A stretch of 32,000 nucleotides of DNA from Clostridia bacterium (GTDB taxonomy: Bacteria > Bacillota > Clostridia > Oscillospirales > QAMX01). Every line of letters starts with the position of its first letter. The stretch's first letter is position 1. Both the position numbers and the translations under genes were made by a program. Below are positions 8,388 to 16,476 of this stretch, one piece after another. The DNA lies in contig JAFXIT010000010.1 in assembly GCA_017532825.1 (NCBI GenBank), positions 21,916 through 53,915 on the forward strand. The letters run 5' to 3'. The notes beneath the pieces were generated by a model. The model had not been told where the DNA came from. It searched no databases and saw nothing but the letters and a program-made list of their open reading frames with translations.

Positions 8388-8702
8388 GTGAGCTTTACAT
8401 TTTTCTCCGGCGATCTGCCCGACATGATACGTTCCTCACAGCTTCCGTTGGTGGTGGATTTCTGCTCACGCAGGTCTACCCCGTCACGCCGTCTTTTCCC
8501 CGTCATGGACGAGCTGTCGCAGGAGTTTAAAGGGCGGGCCAGCGTATATATCGTGGACATAGAGGAGTGTCCCGAGCTTGCAAAGCTCTACGGCATACGA
8601 AGCATACCCACCGTCCTCATCATACGAAACGGCGAGGTCACCTCGGCGTCGGTCGGCTTCAGGGAAAAATCAAGCTACGCAAAGCTGCTTGAGCGGCTTT
8701 AG
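8388..8702 (+). CDS. Thioredoxin-fold protein with degenerate active site (STPS instead of CGPC)
   Basis: 104 aa. GTG start 5 nt after GGAGGTG. It aligns by eye to E. coli TrxA across the whole fold: LVVDF...PVMDEL..., KLYGIRSIPTVLIIRNGEV with the cis-Pro. The WCGPC position reads RSTPS (codons tct acc ccg tca at 8475-8486). TAG stop. Confidence 0.8.
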   Translation: MSFTFFSGDLPDMIRSSQLPLVVDFCSRRSTPSRRLFPVMDELSQEFKGRASVYIVDIEECPELAKLYGIRSIPTVLIIRNGEVTSASVGFREKSSYAKLLERL

Positions 8703-9457
8703 GTCCTTGTAAGCTTTACAAGCAGTGCCTTGGGAAGGAGCTTTGCAAGCAGGCGGTAGAATTTAAAAAAGAGTCTGGGGGTATATACCGCTCTGCCGCC
8801 TGCCGAGGCCTTGAGGGCGCCCGAGGCCACCTTCGTCGGGTCACAGTAGGGAAGGAAATTAAACATCGGCGACTCGCCCTTTATCCTTCCGAGGGTAATA
8901 AACTCGGTATCCATGGGGCCGGGACATACGGCGGTGACGTTTATCTTGCGGTTGCGAAGCTCGTCCCGCAGTCCCCTCGAAAAGGCGCTTACATAGGATT
9001 TTCCCGCACTGTAGACTATCATTCTGCTATTTGGGCAGAAGGAGGCTATGGAGGAGACGTTTACTATCCTTGCTCCGTTGGGCATATACCCAAGCACAAG
9101 GTTAGTCACCGCAGTCAAGCCTCGGATGTTGAGGTCTATCATTCTGGTCTGCTCCTCGAGCTTTGCCGAGTCGAAGTTACCGAGGTATCCGCAGCCGGAG
9201 TTGTTGATAAGGAGCTCTACCTCGGGCTTTTCAGCCTCGAGGGTCTGTCTTAAAAGTTCAAAGCTGTTTTCGTCGCAGAGGTCAAGCGGCAGAGCCTTTA
9301 CGGTCTTTCCCTCAAGCTCGGCTCCTACTTCAAGGAGCTTTTCCTCACGTCTTGCGATGAGCCAATAGCACTCAATATCGGGAAACTGCTTCATTGCGGC
9401 AAGGGCAAACTCCCGTCCAAGACCCACCGAAGCGCCGGTTATTATGGCTGTTTTCAT
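8699..9457 (-). CDS. Short-chain dehydrogenase/reductase (classical SDR)
   Basis: 252 aa. TGASVGLG cofactor motif, NNSG, catalytic Ser (VSSIAS) and YSAGK (YxxxK). AAAGGA SD before the ATG. Its stop overlaps the thioredoxin-like gene stop (convergent). Confidence 0.9.
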   Translation of the reverse strand: MKTAIITGASVGLGREFALAAMKQFPDIECYWLIARREEKLLEVGAELEGKTVKALPLDLCDENSFELLRQTLEAEKPEVELLINNSGCGYLGNFDSAKLEEQTRMIDLNIRGLTAVTNLVLGYMPNGARIVNVSSIASFCPNSRMIVYSAGKSYVSAFSRGLRDELRNRKINVTAVCPGPMDTEFITLGRIKGESPMFNFLPYCDPTKVASGALKASAGGRAVYTPRLFFKFYRLLAKLLPKALLVKLTRT

Positions 9458-9522
9458 ATTTCTTGTCCTTTCACAAAGCCCTCGGCCATCGCCGTGGGCG
9501 GTATTTTCTTTATTACGTTAAC

Positions 9523-9533
9523 ATTATACCACA
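9523..9533 (-). promoter_or_regulatory. Extended -10 promoter element for the SDR gene
   Basis: The minus strand reads TGTGGTATAAT (TGnTATAAT), with a TTTAAA -35-like hexamer 17 nt upstream. It is about 65 nt upstream of the SDR start. Confidence 0.5.
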
Positions 9534-9578
9534 AAATATATCTTTTTTAAAGGCTGTATCTTTTCATTTTTGCAATAC

Positions 9579-9589
9579 TGTGGTATAAT
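9579..9589 (+). promoter_or_regulatory. Extended -10 promoter element for metG-tatD
   Basis: The plus strand reads TGTGGTATAAT (TGnTATAAT). It is about 43 nt upstream of the metG ATG at 9632. A weak -35 (TTTTCA) lies 17 nt upstream. Confidence 0.55.
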
Positions 9590-9631
9590 ATAGAGAATTT
9601 AGAAATACGAATCGGAAATCGAGGGTTTTTG

Positions 9632-11554
9632 ATGAGCAAAGAGAAATACTACATCACCACCGCCATTGCCTACACCTCCCGTGTGCCGCACATCGGTAAC
9701 ACCTACGAGGCAGTCCTTGCCGACGCTATTGCGCGCTACAAGAGGATGGTAGGCTATGACGTCTATTTCCTGACCGGCACCGACGAGCACGGTCAGAAGA
9801 TACAAAAGCAGGCCGAAGAGGCCGGGATCACCCCCCAGGAGCACGTCGACCACATTGCAGGCGAGATCCGCCGCATATGGGACAGAATGAACGTCAGCTA
9901 CGACCAGTTCATCCGCACCACCGACGACTATCACGTCAAGACCGTTCAGAAGATATTCAAAAAGCTCTATGAGCAGGGCGATATTTATAAATCATCCTAT
10001 CAGGGACACTACTGCGTTGCCTGCGAGTCCTTCTTTACCGAGACCCAGCTGGTAAACGGCTGCTGCCCCGACTGCGGAGGCCCCGTCGAGCTTGCAAGCG
10101 AAGAGGCCTACTTCTTCAAGCTTTCAAACTACACCGACCGTCTTATAAAGCACATTGAGGAGAACCCCGACTTTATCCAGCCCGAGGCACGCCGCAACGA
10201 GATGGTCAACAACTTCCTCAAGCCCGGTCTTTCCGACCTCTGCGTATCCCGCTCCAGCTTTACCTGGGGCGTTCCCGTCGAGTTCGATCCGGGACACGTC
10301 ATCTACGTCTGGATAGACGCCCTTTCCAACTACATCACCGCCCTGGGCTACGATCCCGACGGCGAGTGCGGCGAGCTTTACAGGAAGTACTGGCCTGCCG
10401 AGGTACATCTCATCGGCAAAGACATACTCCGCTTCCACACCCTTTACTGGCCCATCATGCTCATGGCTCTGGGTGAGCCCCTGCCCAAGCAGGTATTCGG
10501 CCATCCCTGGTTGCTTATGTCGGGCGAAAAAATGTCCAAATCCAAGGGCAACGTGATCTATGCCGACGAGCTTTGCGACCTGTTCGGCGTTGATGCGGTG
10601 AGATACTACGTTCTCCACGAGATGCCCTTTGCCTCCGACGGCTCTCTGACCTACGAGCTTCTCATAAGCAGAATAAATTCCGACCTTGTCAATATCCTCG
10701 GCAACCTTGTCAACCGTACCCTTGCGATGGTAGGCAAGTATTTCGGCGGCATCGTCCCCGAAAAGACCCTTACCGACGCCGATCTCGACCTCTGCGAGCT
10801 GGCTCTTGCCACCCCCGCCGCCGTCGAAAAGAAGATGAGCAAGCTCCACGTAGCCGACGCCATTGACGAGGTCTGGGCCCTCCTTCGCCGCAGCAACAAG
10901 TATATCGACGAGACCACCCCCTGGCTGCTTGCAAAGAACGAGGAGGATAAGCCCCGTCTTGCCGCAGTACTTTACAACCTTCTTGAATCCATCCGCTTTG
11001 CCGCAGTTCTTCTCAAGCCCTTCCTTCCCGAGACGGCCGAGCGTATATTTGCCCAGCTCAACACCGATGCCCGTGACTATGAGAGTCTTTCTGCCTTCAA
11101 CGGCATGGTCGCAGGCGCTCCCGTCGGAGAGGCCCAGCCGCTGTTTATGCGTATAGACGAGGCGGCAATGCTCGCCGAAATAGAAAAGCGCAACGCTCCC
11201 CCTCCTCCCCCCTTCCCGCCCATCGGCGAGGAGATCTCCATCGACGATTTCTTCGTTCCCGACCTGCGTGCGGCAAAGGTCGTCTCCTGCGAAGCCGTCA
11301 AAAAGTCCGACAAGCTTCTCAAGTTCATCCTTGACATAGGCTTTGAACAGCGTCAGGTGGTATCGGGCATTGCCAAGTGGTATAAGCCCGAGGAGCTGGT
11401 CGGCAAGACCGTCATAGTCGTTGCCAACCTCAAGCCGGTAGTGCTTCGTGGAGTCGAAAGCAGGGGTATGATCCTCTCGGTCGACGATAAGGACGACACC
11501 GTGCGTCTTATCACCCTGCCCGAGGGCACCACCCCCGGCGCAAAGATCAGATGA
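9632..11554 (+). CDS. metG: Methionine--tRNA ligase with C-terminal Trbp111-type tRNA-binding domain
   Basis: Class I motifs PHIGN (HIGH) and KMSKS. Zinc knuckles CVACESF...CPDCGG. A Pro-rich linker is followed by the C-terminal domain DLRAAKVVSCEAVKKSDKLLKFILDIG. Start set at ATG 9632, 6 nt after GAGGG. The track start at 9629 is a TTG one codon upstream. Confidence 0.95.
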   Translation: MSKEKYYITTAIAYTSRVPHIGNTYEAVLADAIARYKRMVGYDVYFLTGTDEHGQKIQKQAEEAGITPQEHVDHIAGEIRRIWDRMNVSYDQFIRTTDDYHVKTVQKIFKKLYEQGDIYKSSYQGHYCVACESFFTETQLVNGCCPDCGGPVELASEEAYFFKLSNYTDRLIKHIEENPDFIQPEARRNEMVNNFLKPGLSDLCVSRSSFTWGVPVEFDPGHVIYVWIDALSNYITALGYDPDGECGELYRKYWPAEVHLIGKDILRFHTLYWPIMLMALGEPLPKQVFGHPWLLMSGEKMSKSKGNVIYADELCDLFGVDAVRYYVLHEMPFASDGSLTYELLISRINSDLVNILGNLVNRTLAMVGKYFGGIVPEKTLTDADLDLCELALATPAAVEKKMSKLHVADAIDEVWALLRRSNKYIDETTPWLLAKNEEDKPRLAAVLYNLLESIRFAAVLLKPFLPETAERIFAQLNTDARDYESLSAFNGMVAGAPVGEAQPLFMRIDEAAMLAEIEKRNAPPPPPFPPIGEEISIDDFFVPDLRAAKVVSCEAVKKSDKLLKFILDIGFEQRQVVSGIAKWYKPEELVGKTVIVVANLKPVVLRGVESRGMILSVDDKDDTVRLITLPEGTTPGAKIR

Positions 11555-12309
11555 GGATATTCGATACCCACGCCCACTACGACGACGATGCCTTCGACAG
11601 CGACAGGGACGAGGTCATCTCCTCCCTGCCGTCCTTCGGAGTAGAGCTCGTTATGAACGTGGGCTGCGACCTTGAATCATCCAAAAAGGCCGCCATTCTT
11701 GCAGAAAAGTATCCCTTTATGCACGCTTCGGCGGGTATTCATCCCCACGAGGCGGCAAAGGTCCCATCGGACTGGGAAAAAGAGCTTACCGAGCTTCTTG
11801 CCCTCTCACCTGCCGTAGGCGAGATAGGGCTTGATTATCACTACGATTTTTCACCAAGAGAGGTCCAGCGTGAGATATTCGACGCACAGCTGTCCATCGC
11901 CCAAAGGCTTGACCTGCCGGTAATAATCCACCAGCGTGAGTCGACTGCAGACACTCTCGATATTCTTTCGGCACACAAGGGGCTCCGAGGTGTGGTACAC
12001 TGCTTTTCGGGAAGCCTTGACACTGCCAAGACCCTCCTTTCGCTTGGTTACCATCTCGGCTTCGGCGGTGCGCTTACCTTTAAAAACGCACTTAAGGCCC
12101 CCGAGGTCATGGAGTATATGCCGGAGGATCGGATACTCTTTGAGACCGACTGTCCCTATATGACCCCCGTCCCATACAGAGGAAAGAGAAATTTTTCGGG
12201 ATACGTACCATTGGTCGTCCTGCGTGCCGCCGAGATACGTCGGACCGATCCCGAAGCGCTTTCGCTCTCTGCACTCGAAAACGGAAGGTCTCTGTTCTTT
12301 TCGAAGTAA
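11551..12309 (+). CDS. tatD: TatD-family metal-dependent hydrolase/DNase
   Basis: 252 aa. Motifs FDTHAHYDD, GEIGLDYHY, IIHQRES, VHCFSG, ETDCPYMTP. The ATG overlaps the metG stop (ATGA). This is the same metG-tatD arrangement as B. subtilis metS-yabD. Confidence 0.9.
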   Translation: MRIFDTHAHYDDDAFDSDRDEVISSLPSFGVELVMNVGCDLESSKKAAILAEKYPFMHASAGIHPHEAAKVPSDWEKELTELLALSPAVGEIGLDYHYDFSPREVQREIFDAQLSIAQRLDLPVIIHQRESTADTLDILSAHKGLRGVVHCFSGSLDTAKTLLSLGYHLGFGGALTFKNALKAPEVMEYMPEDRILFETDCPYMTPVPYRGKRNFSGYVPLVVLRAAEIRRTDPEALSLSALENGRSLFFSK

Positions 12310-12395
12310 CCTGTTCCACCCTCGCATAAGTCTTGTCACCCTGCGATAGGGTTTACTTTTGAGGTCTGAATACAAAAAAATCGGAGGTAGCTTTA

Positions 12396-13568
12396 ATGAA
12401 CGAGGTACGCATTGGAATCATCGGCATCGGAAACATGGGCACTGCACACGCAAAGAACATCTACGGCGGAAAGATATCCAGGCTCAAGCTTACGGCACTT
12501 TGCGACAGCTCCAAGACCCGTCTTGAGCAGCTCCGCCCCGAATTTCCCGATATTCCCCTCTTTGAGGACCACAACGAGCTTATTACCTCGGGGCTGTGCG
12601 ATGCAGTCATCATTTCTACCCCCCATTATTTTCATCCCACCATTGCAATAGACGCCTTCAAGGCAGGCCTCCACGTCCTTTCGGAGAAGCCCGTCGGTGT
12701 CTACACCTCCATCGTCCGAGAGGAGATCGAGGCCGCAAAGGCTTCAGGGAAGGTCTTTGGCATCATGTACAACCAGCGCACCACACCCATCTTTGCCTTT
12801 GCCCGTGATTTTATTGCAAGCGGCAGGCTCGGAGAGCCAAAACGTCTTGTCTGGAACATCACCAACTGGTACCGCACCCAGAGCTACTACGATTCCGGCT
12901 CTTGGCGTGCTACCTACGCAGGCGAGGGCGGCGGCGTGCTTTTAAACCAGTGCGTACACAACATAGACCTGTGGCAGTGGATATTCGGTATGCCGAAGTC
13001 CATCCGTGCCTTCTGCGCCTACGGAAAGTACCACAACATTGAGGTCGAGGACGACGTCACCGTCTACGCCGAATATGAAAACGGCGCAACCGCTACCTTT
13101 ATAACCTCCACGGGCGAGGCTCCCGGCACAAACCGTCTGGAGATCTCGGGAGACAGAGCCAAGCTGGTCCTTGAGGGCGGAAGGGTCCGTCTTTGGGAGC
13201 TCAAGGTACCCGAAAGGGAGTTCTGCTTCAACTCCGAAAAGGGCTTTGGCAGCCCCGAGTATACCTATTCCGAGCTCGACATCGACCCCAACGGCCCCGG
13301 ACACAACGGCATACTGCTTGACTTTACCAATGCCATACTCGACGGCACTCCCCTTCTTTCACCCGGTGAGGAGGGTATAAACGCCCTTACGATAATAAAC
13401 GCCATCCAGCTTTCCGACTGGACGGATCAGACCGTCACCCTCCCCATAGATGCCGAGCGTCACTACGAGCTTCTAAAGGAGCGTATCGATCGGTCCTCTG
13501 TCCGCAAGGTGCAGGACGAAGTGCACGATGACGGCGGTGCAGGCAGCCGCTGGAAGGTCCAATGGTAA
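12396..13568 (+). CDS. Gfo/Idh/MocA-family NAD(P)-dependent oxidoreductase
   Basis: 390 aa. N-terminal Rossmann motif IGIIGIGNMGTAH, then VLSEKPV (EKP motif). The C-terminal domain carries GGGVLLNQCVHNIDLWQWIFG. GGAGG SD 8 nt upstream. Confidence 0.9.
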   Translation: MNEVRIGIIGIGNMGTAHAKNIYGGKISRLKLTALCDSSKTRLEQLRPEFPDIPLFEDHNELITSGLCDAVIISTPHYFHPTIAIDAFKAGLHVLSEKPVGVYTSIVREEIEAAKASGKVFGIMYNQRTTPIFAFARDFIASGRLGEPKRLVWNITNWYRTQSYYDSGSWRATYAGEGGGVLLNQCVHNIDLWQWIFGMPKSIRAFCAYGKYHNIEVEDDVTVYAEYENGATATFITSTGEAPGTNRLEISGDRAKLVLEGGRVRLWELKVPEREFCFNSEKGFGSPEYTYSELDIDPNGPGHNGILLDFTNAILDGTPLLSPGEEGINALTIINAIQLSDWTDQTVTLPIDAERHYELLKERIDRSSVRKVQDEVHDDGGAGSRWKVQW

Positions 13569-13569
13569 A

Positions 13570-14418
13570 ATGAAAACTGCGGTAAATCTGATCGGCGGAC
13601 TTGGCATAACCGTCCCTGAGCACCTCCGCTTTGCGGCGGAGGCAGGGTTTGATGCCTTTTTTGCAGGTTGGAGCGGAAGTCAGAGACTTTCGGAGGTCAT
13701 CAGCCTCGGCAAGGAGCTTGGGCTGACGGCACAATCGGTACACGCCCCCTTCGGAAAGGTCAATCTTTTATGGGAAGACCCGGGCGCAGAGGGTGATGCG
13801 GTACTGCAAACTCTTACGGAATGTCTCGAAGGCTGCTCGGACAATTCGGTGGATATTATGGTTTCCCACGCCTACATAGGCTTTGGTCCGCAATCACCCT
13901 CTGCCCTCGGTGTTGAGCGCTTTGGCAGGCTTTTCGACAGAGCCTCGGAGCTTGGAGTGAAGGTGGCTGTGGAAAATACCGAGGGCTAGGACTATCTTGA
14001 CAGGATATTTACCGACCTTGCAGACCATCCCGCACTTCGCTTTTGCATCGACACGGGCCACGAGGTCTGCTACAACCGCCGGCGTGACCTTATAGGTAAA
14101 TACTCACGCTACCTTGCCGCAACTCACTTTAACGACAATCTCGGCGTTATCGGAGAGGATATAGACTGGCGGGACGACGCCCATCTGCTCCCCTTTGACG
14201 GGGTCGTCGACTGGGATGGTGTAGCCCGACGGCTTGCCGCCACACCCTTTCACGGAATGCTCACCTTTGAGCTTAAGTCCACCCCAAATCCCGACAGAGA
14301 GCATACCCACGATGTATACGCCTCGCTCTCCCCTGAGGATTATTACCGTCTTGCACACGAGCGTGCCGAGCGTCTGTGCCGACTGCTTAAAGCAAACGGA
14401 TTCGAACAACGTCTGTAA
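13570..14418 (+). pseudogene. Xylose-isomerase-like TIM-barrel sugar phosphate isomerase/epimerase interrupted by an in-frame TAG at 13987-13989
   Basis: Reading straight through the TAG gives 139 aa + stop + 142 aa, the normal length of about 282 aa for this family. The sequence across the break is ...KVAVENTEG*DYLDRIF...CIDTGHEV...ATHFNDN...DDAHLLPFDGVVDW...TFEL..., ending at TAA 14416-14418. The second half has no long Met-initiated ORF, so it is absent from the ORF track. Confidence 0.75.
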
Positions 14419-14422
14419 TAAA

Positions 14423-14452
14423 AACTCCCACGAACACAAGTCCGTGGGAGTT
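14423..14452. terminator. Bidirectional intrinsic terminator between convergent sugar modules
   Basis: AACTCCCACG (14423-14432), 10-nt loop, CGTGGGAGTT (14443-14452). The + strand follows with CTTTTTTATTC and the - strand with TTTTTATTAC. Confidence 0.85.
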
Positions 14453-14466
14453 CTTTTTTATTCTTT

Positions 14467-15540
14467 TCAGATGCCTTCGAGGAGGCTGTCGATATTGACG
14501 GGAAGTCCGCTTTCCATAGAGATGTTGCAGGCCATCGTAAAGGCAAGGGAGCGCAGGGCATCACGGTAGGGAGATCTGACCTTTTCGGGAGTGCCGTTGA
14601 TGACCGCCTCGATAAAGGTCCTGTCGCAAAGCACGCCCGCATCGCCGATCTGCTTGTATTCAATGAGGTCGTCGGCACTGTTTACGACCGCCCCGTCGCC
14701 CTTGACCACGAAGCCGCCCTCGTCAGCGGCCTCCTTTCGGGCCTCACCGTATACCTTAAAGGAGCTCAGTATCTTAAGCTCGGCACGGCTGCTTTCGGAG
14801 CTGAAGACTATCTTGCTGTCAAAGGAGTTGCCCTTGTCGACGTAGCAACCGGTTCCGATAGTGCCAAGGCTTCCGTCCTTGAAGCGGACACAGGTAACAG
14901 AGAGATCGTCGGTGTCGTAGCCCTCGGGCTTCTTTTCAAGCAGACCCCGGGCGTTCATGGAAAATACCGTCTCGGGCTCTCCGAAAACGTAGCGGATTAT
15001 GTCGTATTGATGGATGGTCTGCTCGACGGCCTGACCGCCCGAAATTGCCTTTTTGCGCCACCAGTCCATGTGCGGTATGCCGCCGAAGCGGGTGCAGTCG
15101 ACGTAGAATATCTTGTGGTTTTTTATGTACTCAAGGTTTGGCTCAACGAGGTTGCTGTAACGGCACTGGAAACCACTGGCGGTGACAAGTCCCTTCTTCT
15201 CCGCCTTGAGGAGAATGTCCTTGGCAAGCTCAAGATCAAGCGCAAGTGGCTTTTCAACGAAGAAATGTATACCTCTGTCGATCAGATCGTATTCTATCTG
15301 ACCGTGACAGTAGGGCGGTACACATACGAACACCAGCTCGGGCTTGACCGTATCAAGCATCTCACGGTAGTCGGTAAATACCTCGCCCGTTCCCGCCTTT
15401 TGACAGAACGCTTCAGCCTTTTCCTTTATAAGGTCGCAAAATCCGACCATATCGATAATGTCTGTGAACTCCAAAAAGTGTCCAAGGTGGTACTCACCTA
15501 TTCCGCCGCAACCTATAATTGCAAGTCTCGCTTTTTTCAT
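14467..15540 (-). CDS. Gfo/Idh/MocA-family oxidoreductase
   Basis: 357 aa. Rossmann motif LAIIGCGGIGEYH and FVEKPLA (EKP motif). Typical C-terminal dimerisation domain. Confidence 0.9.
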   Translation of the reverse strand: MKKARLAIIGCGGIGEYHLGHFLEFTDIIDMVGFCDLIKEKAEAFCQKAGTGEVFTDYREMLDTVKPELVFVCVPPYCHGQIEYDLIDRGIHFFVEKPLALDLELAKDILLKAEKKGLVTASGFQCRYSNLVEPNLEYIKNHKIFYVDCTRFGGIPHMDWWRKKAISGGQAVEQTIHQYDIIRYVFGEPETVFSMNARGLLEKKPEGYDTDDLSVTCVRFKDGSLGTIGTGCYVDKGNSFDSKIVFSSESSRAELKILSSFKVYGEARKEAADEGGFVVKGDGAVVNSADDLIEYKQIGDAGVLCDRTFIEAVINGTPEKVRSPYRDALRSLAFTMACNISMESGLPVNIDSLLEGI

Positions 15541-15561
15541 TGTTTGCTCCTCCTTTTATTT

Positions 15562-16404
15562 TTACGCCTGCCTATAATATCCTATTATCTCGTCTTCCGC
15601 ATCCGAAACGCTTTGGAAAAAGTCCTCCCAGGACCGGGAAGGATCGGTTCTGAATACCTCTGCGGTGAGGTATCCGTCAAACCCCTCTGCCTTGAGCGCC
15701 GCCATTACCGCAGGAAAGTCGGCATCCCCCTTTAAAAGGTCACAGAATTCTCCGCCGCTGTTGATGCCGCCGTTTCGCTTAAAGTCCTTGATATGCAGCT
15801 TTGATATATGCGGTCCCACTATCTCCGTCCAGTACGCAGATGTGGAAAAGGCGATCATATTGCCCATATCAAAGTACAGCCCGAAGGCGTCACTGTCAAG
15901 CTCATCTAAGAAGGATAGCATATCGTACGGAGAAAGGAAAAATCCGTTCCACACGTTTTCAAGGCCGACGGTTACTCCGTACTCCTCTATCATAGGTATG
16001 GCACGCTTGAGATTAGCTGCCGAATTTCTCCTTGAGGCGGCCAGGCTTATCCCCTTTGGCATACCTCCCGGCACCAGCAGTACGGTGTCGGCCCCCATGA
16101 GTTTTGCAATATGAAGCTGCTTTTTCAGTACCTTAAGAGCCTCATCGGCCTCTTCACCGCTGCTTGCCCATTTCCCGCCGTGCAGTGAGCTTGAAATGCT
16201 CACCGTTTCGATGCCGTATTTCTCACACAGAGCCTTTACGGCACATATCTCTTCGTCGGTACTCTTTAGGGTAAACGAATGTCCGTCATTTTGACCGTCC
16301 AGGTTGAACTCTACCGCATCAAATCCCGCTTTGCTCGCCGCCCGAAGGCAGTCCTCAAAGCTGTATTCCGACGGAAAAGCCCATGCATTGATAGCTTTTT
16401 TCAA
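15562..16404 (-). CDS. Xylose-isomerase-like TIM-barrel sugar phosphate isomerase/epimerase
   Basis: 280 aa. AGFDAVEF, VGLENVWN, YFDMGN, HIKD and YLTAEV blocks are typical of the family (UlaE/IolE/YcjR-like fold). TTG start 8 nt after AGGGGG. It lies 21 nt upstream of the oxidoreductase gene. Confidence 0.9.
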   Translation of the reverse strand: MKKAINAWAFPSEYSFEDCLRAASKAGFDAVEFNLDGQNDGHSFTLKSTDEEICAVKALCEKYGIETVSISSSLHGGKWASSGEEADEALKVLKKQLHIAKLMGADTVLLVPGGMPKGISLAASRRNSAANLKRAIPMIEEYGVTVGLENVWNGFFLSPYDMLSFLDELDSDAFGLYFDMGNMIAFSTSAYWTEIVGPHISKLHIKDFKRNGGINSGGEFCDLLKGDADFPAVMAALKAEGFDGYLTAEVFRTDPSRSWEDFFQSVSDAEDEIIGYYRQA

Positions 16405-16440
16405 CGAAAATGCCCCCTATTTTCAATTTAAAACGCAAAA

Positions 16441-16470
16441 GGCCGCAGGGAGCTTACGCTCCCTACGGTC
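16441..16470 (-). terminator. Intrinsic terminator after the AI-2E transporter gene
   Basis: GGCCGCAGGGAGC-TTAC-GCTCCCTACGGTC forms a 13-bp stem with one wobble and one mismatch. The minus strand follows with TTTTGCGTTTTAAA and the plus strand with TTTTTATC. Confidence 0.75.
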
Positions 16471-16476
16471 TTTTTA

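Noticed and set aside
9458-9631. T-box or other riboswitch leader upstream of metG.
   Set aside because: The leader between the -10 element and the ATG is only about 43 nt. That is far too short for a T-box of about 200 nt or more. I saw no specifier or antiterminator features.
13528-13569. ORF-track start at 13528 for the TIM-barrel gene, overlapping the upstream oxidoreductase by 41 nt.
   Set aside because: The in-frame ATG at 13570, two nt after the upstream stop, gives an N-terminus (MKTAVNLIGG...) typical for the family and needs no long overlap.
13987-13989. In-frame TAG as programmed recoding (pyrrolysine or a reassigned stop).
   Set aside because: TAG terminates at least two other genes in this window at sensible positions. 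No pyl genes are visible, and the family is not known to use Pyl. A nonsense mutation or sequencing error is the simpler explanation.
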